The translations under genes were made by a program, and so were the position numbers. A DNA stretch of 28,966 bases from Myxococcales bacterium (GTDB lineage Bacteria > Myxococcota > Myxococcia > Myxococcales > 40CM-4-68-19). Of this stretch, positions 18,279 through 28,966 are shown piece after piece (the first letter of the stretch is position 1; each line of letters opens with the position of its first letter). The stretch lies in NCBI GenBank assembly GCA_035260805.1, contig DATFUN010000411.1:1-28966 (forward strand), in the 5' to 3' direction. The notes under the pieces were generated by a model. The model saw only the letters and a list, made by a program, of their open reading frames with translations, searched no databases and was not told the origin of the DNA.

Positions 18279-19601
18279 ATGACCGGCGACCCCGTCGAAG
18301 TGGCACTGCTCGCCTGCGCCGATCTGTTGCCGCGAGGCGCGTCGGTGCTCGCCGCCTGCTCGGGAGGCCCGGACTCCGCCGCGCTCACCGCGGAGCTGGC
18401 GGCCTGCGCAGACGCGCTCGGCGTGCGGGTCGCCGTCGGACACGTGGATCACGCGCTGCGTCCCGAGTCGGCCGGCGACGCCGAACAGGTCCGGGATCTG
18501 GCGCGATCCTTGGGGCTGCCGTTCCATCTGCGCCGCCTCGAGGCGCTCGACGTGTCCGAGCTCGGCCTCGAAGGGGCGGCGCGGGAAGCGCGCTACGGTG
18601 CCCTCGCGCAGCTTGCCGCACAGGCGGGAGCCGATCGGGTTGCGACGGCGCACACGCGCCGCGACCAGGCCGAGACGGTCCTGTTGCGGCTCGCGCGCGG
18701 CGGCGGGTCGGGAGCGGTTGCGGGAATCCGGCGGAAGCGCGCCCTGACCGAGGGCATCCTCCTCGTCCGCCCGCTCCTCGGCGTGACGCGCGAGGCGACC
18801 GAGGCGTATTGCCGCGCTCGAGGCCTGCGCGCGGTCGAGGATGCGCACAACGCCGATCCGCGGCGCGCGCGGGCGCGGTTGCGCGCGGTCATGCCTGCGT
18901 TAGCCGCCGCGCTCAATCCCCGGCTGGAGGAGGCGCTCGCCGGAGCTGCGCGCATCGCCGCCGAAGAGGACGTGCTGCTCGATGGGCTGGCCAGGGAGGC
19001 GCTCGACTCCGCCACCGCCGGCGAGGGCTTCTCCGCCGAGCGGCTCGCCGCGGTGCCCACCGCGCTGCTCCGCCGCGCGCTGCTCATGGCCGCTCAGGGC
19101 AGTGCGCGTCCGGAGCGCGGCCATCTGGAACAGTTGGTTCATTTCCTGACCGGCCGGCGTACAGGGCGGCTCGACCTTCCCGGCGGACGCGCGGTGATCG
19201 AGCGGGGCGTGCTGCGTTTCGAGTCGAACGCTGCGCTGCCTCCGCCCCCGGTGGATGTGGCGGTCCCCGGCCCCGGCGTCTACCGTTGGGCCGGCCGCGC
19301 GCTCCATGTAGGCGCAGGTGCGCAACGCGCGGATCTCCGGCTGGCTCCGTTCCCCTGGACGCTGCGCAAGCGCCTCCCCGGTGACCGGTTCCGCGTTGCC
19401 GGGGGGCCGGAGAAGAAGCTGGGGGACGTCTGGCAGGCGGAAGGGGTCCCCGCCTCGCGCCGCGAACGCATCCCCCTTCTGGCGGATGCAGGGGGCCGCG
19501 TCTTCTGGGTCGAGGGCCTACCGCCGGGGCCGGCCTGCGCGGCGCCGCCCGAGGACGCGGTCCGGTTCGAATTCGCGCCGGAAATGGATGCCTTGCGCTA
19601 G
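18279..19601 (+). CDS. tilS: tRNA(Ile)-lysidine synthetase
   Basis: ACSGGPDS PP-loop, HVDHALR, AAREARY, TAHT..DQAETVLLRLARG, RPLL, ED.HN.D....RARLR; C-terminal domain R...PGDRF......KKL; upstream of ftsH. Confidence 0.93.
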   Translation: MTGDPVEVALLACADLLPRGASVLAACSGGPDSAALTAELAACADALGVRVAVGHVDHALRPESAGDAEQVRDLARSLGLPFHLRRLEALDVSELGLEGAAREARYGALAQLAAQAGADRVATAHTRRDQAETVLLRLARGGGSGAVAGIRRKRALTEGILLVRPLLGVTREATEAYCRARGLRAVEDAHNADPRRARARLRAVMPALAAALNPRLEEALAGAARIAAEEDVLLDGLAREALDSATAGEGFSAERLAAVPTALLRRALLMAAQGSARPERGHLEQLVHFLTGRRTGRLDLPGGRAVIERGVLRFESNAALPPPPVDVAVPGPGVYRWAGRALHVGAGAQRADLRLAPFPWTLRKRLPGDRFRVAGGPEKKLGDVWQAEGVPASRRERIPLLADAGGRVFWVEGLPPGPACAAPPEDAVRFEFAPEMDALR

Positions 19602-19679
19602 CGGTTCCCCGGCAAGCGGCGAAGCGTCCCCGCTTTTGCTACCATCCCGTCCCGTCAGGCCACTGCGGAGGAGCCTTAG

Positions 19680-21608
<1,929 letters not shown>

Positions 21609-21632
21609 TCGCCGCTTTCGATAGCTTTCGGT

Positions 21633-21670
21633 AGGGCCGGTGCCTTGCGGCGCCGGCCCTTTTGTTTTTG
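21633..21670 (+). terminator. Intrinsic terminator of ftsH
   Basis: AGGGCCGGTGCC-TTGC-GGCGCCGGCCCT stem (one G.U) followed by TTTGTTTTTG. Confidence 0.85.
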
Positions 21671-21695
21671 CATGGTTAACCAAACGGGCCTCGGA

Positions 21696-21711
21696 TGTTT
21701 CACGTGGAACG
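21696..21711. other. parS-like centromere site TGTTTCACGTGGAACG
   Basis: Near-palindromic 16-mer matching the chromosomal parS consensus (TGTTNCACGTGNAAC[A/G]). Confidence 0.7.
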
Positions 21712-21730
21712 TGACCTGGGGAGAATCCGG

Positions 21731-22060
21731 ATGAAGAGACTATCGATGGCGGTGCTGGCGATGGTGCTGGGCGTTTCGGCGGCCACGGGGGCGGCGGAAG
21801 TGGATCGGCGCGAGCGGCGCCAGCAGGAGCGCATCGCCCAGGGTGTGCAGAGCGGCCAGCTCACGCCCGGCGAGACCGCCCGGCTGGAGCGGAAGGAAGC
21901 GCGCATCCACCGCGAGATCGAGCGCGATCGCGCGGCCAACGGCGGCACGCTGACGCCGGCCGAGCGGCGGCGCCTCAATCGCCAGCAGAACCGGGTCAGC
22001 CGGCAGATCTACCGCGAGAAGCACGACGCCCAGCAGCAGTCATCGGCGGCTCCCCGGTAG
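21731..22060 (+). CDS. Small secreted Arg/Gln-rich helical protein of unknown function (109 aa)
   Basis: Signal peptide [22 protein letters not shown]; mature part with repeated G.LT..E..RL.R.Q/E units; purine-rich GGGGAGA upstream. Confidence 0.8.
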   Translation: MKRLSMAVLAMVLGVSAATGAAEVDRRERRQQERIAQGVQSGQLTPGETARLERKEARIHREIERDRAANGGTLTPAERRRLNRQQNRVSRQIYREKHDAQQQSSAAPR

Positions 22061-22104
22061 GCGCTCGGACGCCCCGGCTGCCTGCGCTACGGTACAGTGC
22101 GCAG

Positions 22105-23253
22105 GTGCCGAGGCTGATCGAGCTGCAGAGGGAATCCGATTCGCTGGCCGCGTGCGCGGCCGCCGGGCGGCAGGTGCGGGATCCGAATCTGCGCGGGTGG
22201 GCGGCGTTGCTGCCCCCGCGGCCCGCGCTGCTCCAGGAGGGTTTGCGTCAATCGGGAATCCCGGTGCTCCGCGGCGAGAAGGGTGCGCTCGCATTGGGCA
22301 GCATCTCGCAGCTGTGGTCGGCGGCGCGGAGCCTGGCCGACGCGGTGGAGGACGGCGGCGCGCGGGCGCTGGCGACGGAGCTCGCCCGCCGCGCCGGGAA
22401 CGTCGAGGCGCCCGAGCAGCCGTGGCTCCTTCCCCGCTCCCGCCTTCCCGAAGGGCGCGTGCTGGTCATGGCGGTGCTCAACGTCACGCCCGACTCGTTC
22501 TCGGACGGCGGCAGCTTCGCCGTGGCCGATGCCGCCGTGGAGCACGGCCTGCGGCTCGCCGCGGAGGGCGCCGATCTGATCGACGTGGGAGGCGAGTCGA
22601 CCCGTCCCGGCGCGCAGCCGGTCCCGGCCGACGAAGAGCTGCGCCGCGCACTGCCGGTGATCCGCGAGCTGGTCCGCAGGGCCAAGGTGCCCATCTCCAT
22701 CGACACGACCAAGGCGGAGGTCGCGCGGGCGGCGGTGGAGGCCGGCGCCGAGGTGGTCAACGACGTCTCGGGTCTGCGGCGCGATCCGGAGATGGGGACC
22801 GCGGTTGCGCGCGGGGGCGCGGCGCTGTGCCTGATGCACTCGCGCGGCGAGCCGCGGGACATGCAGCAGCATGCCGCGTACGCCGATCTCCTCGGCGAGA
22901 TGCAGGACGAGCTGCTCGAGGGGCTGCGACGTGCTCGGGAGGCGGGCGTGCCCGAGGAGCGCATCGCGCTCGATCCGGGGCTCGGATTCGCGAAGACGGC
23001 CGAGCACAACCTTCTCCTCATGCGGAGGCTACGCGAGCTGACGCAGCTCGGGAGGCCCTTGCTGGCCGGCGCCTCGCGCAAGTCGTTCCTGGGCAGATTG
23101 AGCGGAAAGATCGCCCCGGAGCGGTTGACGGGATCGGTCGCCGCTGCCGCCGTGCTGGCGCTGAACGGTGCATCCATCTTGCGGGTCCACGACGTGGCTG
23201 CCACGCGGGAAGCGCTGGCCGTCGTGGACGCGGTGCGTTCGTCGGCCAGTTGA
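22105..23253 (+). CDS. folP: Dihydropteroate synthase with N-terminal extension
   Basis: [71 protein letters not shown]. Confidence 0.95.
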   Translation: MPRLIELQRESDSLAACAAAGRQVRDPNLRGWAALLPPRPALLQEGLRQSGIPVLRGEKGALALGSISQLWSAARSLADAVEDGGARALATELARRAGNVEAPEQPWLLPRSRLPEGRVLVMAVLNVTPDSFSDGGSFAVADAAVEHGLRLAAEGADLIDVGGESTRPGAQPVPADEELRRALPVIRELVRRAKVPISIDTTKAEVARAAVEAGAEVVNDVSGLRRDPEMGTAVARGGAALCLMHSRGEPRDMQQHAAYADLLGEMQDELLEGLRRAREAGVPEERIALDPGLGFAKTAEHNLLLMRRLRELTQLGRPLLAGASRKSFLGRLSGKIAPERLTGSVAAAAVLALNGASILRVHDVAATREALAVVDAVRSSAS

Positions 23254-23327
23254 CACACAACCTGACCCTTGCAAGTTGCTCCGCGGACGCTCGCACACCT
23301 ACATTGCAGCCACCCGATTGGAGCCAG

Positions 23328-24716
23328 ATGGCCTTGCGATTGACCGAGAAGCCGTCAGAACCCGCCCGCCGGCTCTTCGGCACCGACGGCATCCGTGGCG
23401 TCGCCAACGTCCACCCGATGACGGGCGAGATGATGCTCCAGCTCGGGCGCGCGGTGGCCTACCTCATCCGCAACGGATCGCACCGCCACCGCGTGGTGAT
23501 CGGGAAGGACACGCGCCTCTCCGGATACATGCTGGAGACGGCGCTCGCCTCGGGCATCTGCAGCATGGGCGTCGACGTGCTCATCTGTGGCCCCCTGCCC
23601 ACGCCGGCCATCTCGCAGCTCACCCTCTCCATGCGCGCCGACGCGGGCGCGGTGATCTCCGCCAGCCACAACCCCTACCAGGACAACGGGATCAAGTTCT
23701 TCAGCCGCGACGGATTCAAGCTCCCCGACGACATCGAGATGAAGATCGAGGAGCTGATCGCGAACGACGAGCTGCATCACCTCCGCCCGACGGCCACCAG
23801 CATCGGAAAGGCGTTCCGCATCGAGGACGCCGGCGGCCGCTACGTGGTCTTCGCCAAGAGCACCTTCCCCAAGGACCTCACGTTGGAGGGGCTCACCATC
23901 GTGGTCGATTGCGGCCACGGCGCCGCCTACCGCGTCGCGCCCACCGTGCTCCAGGAGCTGGGCGCGAAAGTGATCACCATCGGCGCCGCGCCGGACGGCA
24001 AGAACATCAACAAGGGCTTCGGCGCGCTCCACCCCGAGACGATGTGCAAGGCGGTGCTGAAGACCGGCGCGGATCTCGGCATCGCGCTCGACGGCGACGC
24101 GGACCGCCTGATCGTGGCCGACGAGAAGGGCAGGGTGGTGGACGGCGACGCGGTGATGGCCGTCTGCGGGCTCGACCTGCTCCGGCGCAGGGCGCTGCCG
24201 AAGAAGACGGTGGTCGCCACGGTGATGAGCAACCTGGGGCTCGATCAGTGCATCGCGAAGGCGGGCGGGCGGGTGGTACGCACGCGGGTCGGCGACCGAT
24301 ACGTGGTCGAGGAGATGCGCAAGAACGGGTTTTCTTTTGGTGGCGAGCAGAGCGGGCACCTGATCTTCCTCGAGCACGCCACCACCGGCGACGGCACCGT
24401 GGCGGCGCTGGCGCTGCTCAGCGTCATGGTGCAGAGCGGCAAGCCGATCTCCGAGCTTGCCAAGGCGATGGACGTCTACCCGCAGGCGCAGCTCAACCTT
24501 GCCGTGCGGGAGAAGCCGGAGCTGGGCTCGCTCCCGGGCGTGATGCGCGCCATCCGCGACGTGGAGAAGAAGCTGGGCAAGGAAGGCCGGGTGCTGGTGC
24601 GCTACAGCGGCACCGAGCCGAAAGTGCGCGTGCTGGTCGAGGGGCCGGACAAGAAGCTGATCGAGTCCCACGCGAGCGGGATCGCCGCCGAGTTGAAGAA
24701 GGCGATCGGGAGCTAA
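23328..24716 (+). CDS. glmM: Phosphoglucosamine mutase
   Basis: [26 protein letters not shown] (phospho-Ser), [22 protein letters not shown]. Confidence 0.97.
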   Translation: MALRLTEKPSEPARRLFGTDGIRGVANVHPMTGEMMLQLGRAVAYLIRNGSHRHRVVIGKDTRLSGYMLETALASGICSMGVDVLICGPLPTPAISQLTLSMRADAGAVISASHNPYQDNGIKFFSRDGFKLPDDIEMKIEELIANDELHHLRPTATSIGKAFRIEDAGGRYVVFAKSTFPKDLTLEGLTIVVDCGHGAAYRVAPTVLQELGAKVITIGAAPDGKNINKGFGALHPETMCKAVLKTGADLGIALDGDADRLIVADEKGRVVDGDAVMAVCGLDLLRRRALPKKTVVATVMSNLGLDQCIAKAGGRVVRTRVGDRYVVEEMRKNGFSFGGEQSGHLIFLEHATTGDGTVAALALLSVMVQSGKPISELAKAMDVYPQAQLNLAVREKPELGSLPGVMRAIRDVEKKLGKEGRVLVRYSGTEPKVRVLVEGPDKKLIESHASGIAAELKKAIGS

Positions 24717-24863
24717 GCTCCGCCCCGCAAATCGAGCTCCCAGGTGTCCCCGACGAGGGTCGTGCCCGAAGCCGTGATGCGCCTTCTCGTGCGAACGACC
24801 GCAAGCGGCGCGGAAGCGCACCGTCGCCGGGCGAGGTAGACTCGAAGGCTGCGGAGGAGCTCG

Positions 24864-25589
24864 ATGCGGCTCGGCGTCAACATCGATCACGTCGCCACGC
24901 TCCGGCAGGCGCGGCGCGGGAGGTATCCGGATCCGGTCGCGGCGGCGGTGGTGGCCGAGCTGGGCGGCGCGGACCAGATCACGCTGCACGTGCGGGAAGA
25001 CCGCCGGCACGTGAACGACCGCGACCTCACGCTCCTCCGGCAGACGGTGAACGGGACGCTCAATCTGGAGATGGCGGCGGTGCAGCCGATGGTGGATCTG
25101 GCGCTGCACGAGCGGCCGGATACCTGCACGCTGGTGCCCGAGCGCCGGGAGGAGCTGACCACGGAGGGCGGGCTGGACGCGATCGGCCACCGCGACGAGG
25201 TGCGCCGGGTCACCCGGGCGCTGCGGGACGGAGGGATCGAGGTGTCGCTGTTCATCGATCCCGACCTGGAGCAGGTCAAGGCGAGCCACCGGGCGGATGC
25301 CCAGGCGATCGAGCTGCACACAGGCCGGTATTGCGAGGCGCGCGGTGCAGACGAGCGCAAGCGCGAGCTCTCGCGCCTGGTCGACGCCGCCAAGGCGGCC
25401 GGCAAGCTCGGTCTGCGGGTGGCCGCCGGCCACGGGCTGGACTACTGGAACGTGAAGCCCGTCGTCGGCATCGAGGAGATCGCGGAGCTGAACATCGGCT
25501 ACGCGATCGTGTGTCGGGCCGTCCTCGTCGGGCTGGAGCGCGCCGTGCGCGACATGAAGGAGCTGATCGCCCGGCCGGGGCGCGCATGA
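24864..25589 (+). CDS. pdxJ: Pyridoxine 5'-phosphate synthase
   Basis: [70 protein letters not shown]. Confidence 0.97.
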   Translation: MRLGVNIDHVATLRQARRGRYPDPVAAAVVAELGGADQITLHVREDRRHVNDRDLTLLRQTVNGTLNLEMAAVQPMVDLALHERPDTCTLVPERREELTTEGGLDAIGHRDEVRRVTRALRDGGIEVSLFIDPDLEQVKASHRADAQAIELHTGRYCEARGADERKRELSRLVDAAKAAGKLGLRVAAGHGLDYWNVKPVVGIEEIAELNIGYAIVCRAVLVGLERAVRDMKELIARPGRA

Positions 25590-27118
25590 GGCTGCTCACG
25601 GCCGCCGAGCAGCGCGAGCTGGATCGGCTGGCCGCCGAGGTCGGCCTTCCGACCCGCGTCCTGATGGAGAGCGCGGGTGCCGCCGTCGCGCGCGAGGCGT
25701 CGTCGCTGCGGCCGCGCACCGTGGCTGTCTACTGCGGGCCGGGGAACAACGGAGGGGACGGGTTCGTCGCCGCGCGCCTGCTCCGCGAACAACTGGGCGG
25801 CGACGCGGTGACCGTGGTGGCGACCGCTCGGGAGAAGCTGCGCGGGGATGCGCTCGCAGCGGCGCAGGCGTGGTTGGGAGCGGTGGTCGCGCAGGCTCCG
25901 CAGACCGAGCTGGTGATCGACGCGGTCTTCGGCAGCGGGTTGTCGCGGCCGCCGGCCGGGGCGGAAGCGGCGGCGATCGCCGCCATGAACGAGGCCCGGT
26001 CCCGAGGCGCGCGGGTCCTGGCGGTGGACGTTCCCTCCGGAATCGACTCCGACACCGGCGCCGTGTACCCGGTCCATCTCGCCCGCGCCGACGTCACGGT
26101 GACGCTGCACCTGCCCAAGCGCGGGCTGTGGCTCTACCCGGGAGCGGCGTCGGCCGGCCGCATCGCGGTCGCGCCCATCGGCATCCCGCGCGCGCTGGAG
26201 GACCGGCTGGAGGCCGCCCCCTGCGAGCTGCTCGACGAGCAGTGGGGGCGCGCGCTGCTCACGCCGCGCGATCCCACCGCGCACAAGAATGACTTCGGGC
26301 ACGTGCTCGCGGTGGCCGGATCGCCGGGCAAGTCGGGTGCGGCCGCGCTGGTCGTGGAGGCAGCGCTGCGCGCCGGCGCCGGCCTGGTCACGCTGGCCGC
26401 GCGCCCGGAAGTCTTGCAAACCGCCTTGCCCGGCGTGCCCGAAGCGATGGGGTTCCCGCTGCCCGGCTCGGGCCCGCTCGGGCCCTCGGACCTCGGGCCG
26501 CTGCGCGAGGCCGTCAAGCAGAAGACCGCCGTCGCCATCGGGCCCGGCATCGCCCGCGGCCCGGAAACGGCCGGACTGATCGCCGACCTGCTGCCGGCGC
26601 TCGATCCGGGCTGCGCCTGCGTGCTCGACGCGGATGCGCTCAATGCGCTGTCCGAGCACCGCGACCGCCTCGCCGAATGGCTGCGCCGCGCGCCGGTCCG
26701 CCCGCTCCTGACCCCCCACCCGGGCGAGTTTGCGCGCTTGACCGGCGAGGAGGTGGAGCGGATCGAGTCCGATCGCATCGGAGCGGCTGCGCGCGCGGCG
26801 CAGCGCTTCGGCGCCTGCGTCGCGCTCAAGGGAGCCCGGACCGTGGTTGCCGATCCCGAAGGCGCCACGGCCATCTGCGCCCACGGCAACCCCGGAATGG
26901 CGACGGCCGGCTCGGGCGACGTGCTCACGGGCATCTCGGCCGCCGTCCTCGCGCGCAGGTCGGGCGCGGGTGGAACGGGCGAGCGCGCGCGGCTCGCGGT
27001 GCTCCTGCACGCGCTGGCGGGGGACCTCGCCGCCCGGCGCGTAGGGCAAGCGGCGCTGGTCGCGAGCGACATCTCGCGGGTCGGCCTGCCGCGGTTGTTC
27101 CGGCGCTGGCGGCGATGA
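25586..27118 (+). CDS. nnr: Bifunctional NAD(P)H-hydrate epimerase/dehydratase (YjeF/Nnr)
   Basis: [82 protein letters not shown] overlap with pdxJ. Confidence 0.95.
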   Translation: MRLLTAAEQRELDRLAAEVGLPTRVLMESAGAAVAREASSLRPRTVAVYCGPGNNGGDGFVAARLLREQLGGDAVTVVATAREKLRGDALAAAQAWLGAVVAQAPQTELVIDAVFGSGLSRPPAGAEAAAIAAMNEARSRGARVLAVDVPSGIDSDTGAVYPVHLARADVTVTLHLPKRGLWLYPGAASAGRIAVAPIGIPRALEDRLEAAPCELLDEQWGRALLTPRDPTAHKNDFGHVLAVAGSPGKSGAAALVVEAALRAGAGLVTLAARPEVLQTALPGVPEAMGFPLPGSGPLGPSDLGPLREAVKQKTAVAIGPGIARGPETAGLIADLLPALDPGCACVLDADALNALSEHRDRLAEWLRRAPVRPLLTPHPGEFARLTGEEVERIESDRIGAAARAAQRFGACVALKGARTVVADPEGATAICAHGNPGMATAGSGDVLTGISAAVLARRSGAGGTGERARLAVLLHALAGDLAARRVGQAALVASDISRVGLPRLFRRWRR

Positions 27119-27582
27119 TCCTGCGCTCGCCGGAGCAGACGCGCTCCCTGGGCCGGCGGCTCGGGGCGCTGCTCCGGGCGGGGGATTTCGTCGCGCTCGT
27201 CGGCGAGCTTGGAGCGGGCAAGACGCTCCTGGTCCGCGGCGCCGCGGAAGGCGCCGGAGTGGCCGATGCGGCCAGCTCGCCGACGTTCGCGCTCGTGAAC
27301 CTCTACCGCGGCGGCCGCGTCGCGCTGCAGCACCTGGACCTCTACCGGCTCGCCGGACCTGCGGAGCTGTTCGCGCTGGGCTTCGAGGACCTGCTGGCGG
27401 AGCCCGCCGCGACTCTGTGTGAATGGGCCGAGCGGGCAGGAGCCGCTCTTCCCGAAGATCGGCTGGAGATCCTGCTCGAGCCGGCCGGTCCGAACGAGCG
27501 GCGCGCCACGCTGCGCGCGCACGGGACCCGCGCGAAGGAGTTGCTCGACGCCCTGCTACAGGGCGGCGCGGCGCAGCCGTAG
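27115..27582 (+). CDS. tsaE: tRNA threonylcarbamoyladenosine biosynthesis ATPase
   Basis: GELGAGKT, SSPTFALVNLY, HLDLYRL, EW. ATGA overlap with nnr. Confidence 0.95.
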   Translation: MILRSPEQTRSLGRRLGALLRAGDFVALVGELGAGKTLLVRGAAEGAGVADAASSPTFALVNLYRGGRVALQHLDLYRLAGPAELFALGFEDLLAEPAATLCEWAERAGAALPEDRLEILLEPAGPNERRATLRAHGTRAKELLDALLQGGAAQP

Positions 27583-28332
27583 GTTCTCGTCGACGCCGAC
27601 GATCGTCTCCGCCCGCACTTCGCGCCACGGGCTGCGTCCCTGCGGCACCGGCTCGTGGAGGCGCGGATCCTCGCTGGCCACCGCGAACCACGCCACGCGG
27701 CCGTCGCGCTCGGGCTCGGCCGCCGAGACGTACAGCGTCCGGCCGCGCCGGCAGGCGAGCATCGTCCGGCCGTCGGTGGCGAGGAAGGTGGTCGCCGCCT
27801 CCGTGCCGCACCTGCGCACGACGATCTCCACCGCCTCCGCGAGCGCGGCCGCCGCATCGTCGAACCGGGCGGTGGTCGGGTCGCAGCGCCGGGCGAGGCG
27901 CGTCAAGAAGACCAGGAAGCAGCGTTCGCTGTCGGTCTCGCCCCGCAGCTTGTCCCGGAGCGCCGCATCGATCTCCGATTCGACCCCGGCGCGCCGTTCC
28001 TCCCAGCCGGGAACCGTGCCGTTGTGCGCAAACAACCAAGGACCCCACTCGAACGGATGGGTGTTCTCGAAGGAAACGCGTCCGATGCTCGCCTTGCGGA
28101 TGTGCGCGAGGATCGTGGAGGCGGTCACGAAGGACGAGACCTCCTCGAAGTCGTCGTCGCCGTGCGCCGCGGTCAGGCTGCGCACCACCTGCGGCACCCG
28201 GTCGACGTACCAGCCCAGTCCCCACCCGTCGGGGTGCTCGCGGCTCTGCACGCGCAGCGCATTCGCTCCGTGCAAGAGCTCGTGCGCGACGCCTCCCGGA
28301 GCAGCGGCGCGGCAGCCGAATAAACGGCACAT
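27556..28332 (-). CDS. Class II glutamine amidotransferase-like Ntn hydrolase (YafJ/EgtC/DUG3 type)
   Basis: MCRLFG (Cys2 nucleophile), HPDGWG.GWY, LAHIRKAS.G....NTHPF, FAHNG, G.TDSE..F, VASE. Overlaps the tsaE 3' end by 27 nt. Confidence 0.88.
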   Translation of the reverse strand: MCRLFGCRAAAPGGVAHELLHGANALRVQSREHPDGWGLGWYVDRVPQVVRSLTAAHGDDDFEEVSSFVTASTILAHIRKASIGRVSFENTHPFEWGPWLFAHNGTVPGWEERRAGVESEIDAALRDKLRGETDSERCFLVFLTRLARRCDPTTARFDDAAAALAEAVEIVVRRCGTEAATTFLATDGRTMLACRRGRTLYVSAAEPERDGRVAWFAVASEDPRLHEPVPQGRSPWREVRAETIVGVDENLRLRRAAL

Positions 28333-28478
28333 GGCGCCATTCTACGGCGGCCGGCAGGGTGGCCGCTCCTCCCTGTTTCACCCCGTGCGCGGGGCGGCGC
28401 CGCGGTGGGCGCGCGTCCGACATGCGCCGCGCGTCAAATCCTCGCTTCGGGCGGGTCGCGTGCTAGGGTCGGCGGCGC

Positions 28479-28966
28479 GTGGCTGACGACATCGCATCGA
28501 AGAGCGTTCGGTGGCTCGCCCGCCTCGCCGCCTGTGCGCTCGCCGCGGGCTGCGCACGATACTCGGGGCCGCCGGACCCCGACTTCGCCAACGCCCGCGA
28601 CCTGTACCAGCGGCTGTACGCCACCGAGCTCGACGAGGCCTACGGCGATCCCAAGATGGACGAAGTGGTCTCGCTGCTCCGGAACGTGCACAAGCGCTCG
28701 GTGGACGCGCCTTCGGCCCAGGCATTGCTCCACGCCATCGAGCACGGGCGGGAAGAGCTGGCCAAGGTGCACGCCGAGCGGGAGAAGCTGAGCAAGGCGG
28801 CCTCCGAGGTGGTCGCCGCGCCGAGCAACATCGATCCGACGCGCGTGCTGGGTCAGGCTGACGCCGGTCCGCCGCAAGATCCCTACGGGCCGTCCGCATC
28901 GGTCGCGCAGATCAACAGGGACAGCGGCGGGTGCCTGGTCTCCGGCGAGCCGTTCAACGAAGGAAC
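28479..28966 (+). CDS. Putative lipoprotein of unknown function, 3'-truncated by the window edge
   Basis: GTG is the first start after an in-frame TAG at 28464. Basic/hydrophobic signal with LAAGC lipobox; open GC3-rich frame to the window end (…YQRLYATELDEAYGDPKMDEVVSLL…). Not listed in the supplied ORF track. Confidence 0.75.
   Translation, partial: MADDIASKSVRWLARLAACALAAGCARYSGPPDPDFANARDLYQRLYATELDEAYGDPKMDEVVSLLRNVHKRSVDAPSAQALLHAIEHGREELAKVHAEREKLSKAASEVVAAPSNIDPTRVLGQADAGPPQDPYGPSASVAQINRDSGGCLVSGEPFNEG

Noticed and set aside
21695-21730. Longer start (MFHVER…) for the secreted protein
   Set aside because: ATG 21731 has a purine-rich RBS and gives a canonical signal peptide. The upstream ATG has no SD and is part of the parS-like motif.
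24717-24863. Structured RNA in the glmM-pdxJ gap (GGTCGT…ACGACC)
   Set aside because: Only a loose 6-bp pairing in GC-rich DNA. A TAGACT box plus SD suffices to explain the region as a pdxJ promoter.

Overview
High-GC (roughly 70% by eye) bacterial chromosomal segment. Gene content points to a myxobacterium (Myxococcota, Anaeromyxobacter/Myxococcales-like); this is inference. I see 27 CDS, one decayed pseudogene, and no tRNA, rRNA, CRISPR or transposase. Left part: nfeD-SPFH pair, then a lysine/beta-lysine catabolic cluster (kdd, kamD, kamE, kal, kce; no kamA in the window) interleaved with mobA, a DUF4230-like gene and a CBS protein, followed by a lipoprotein prolyl oligopeptidase and a convergent acyl-CoA carboxyltransferase. 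A long inverted-repeat element fills the gap between the last two. Middle: a membrane Ser/Thr kinase coupled to a TonB-dependent receptor with an N-terminal TPR domain (candidate trans-envelope signalling pair), a MOSC pseudogene, two tandem small RHH-like proteins, a sigma54-driven 50-aa ORF and a candidate ~170-nt minus-strand sRNA. Right part: tilS-ftsH, a parS-like site before a small secreted protein, folP-glmM-pdxJ-nnr-tsaE, a class II amidotransferase and a truncated lipoprotein. Seven genes have a TAnnnT box 6-9 nt before the start codon, suggesting leaderless mRNAs. All family calls come from motif recognition, not database searches.
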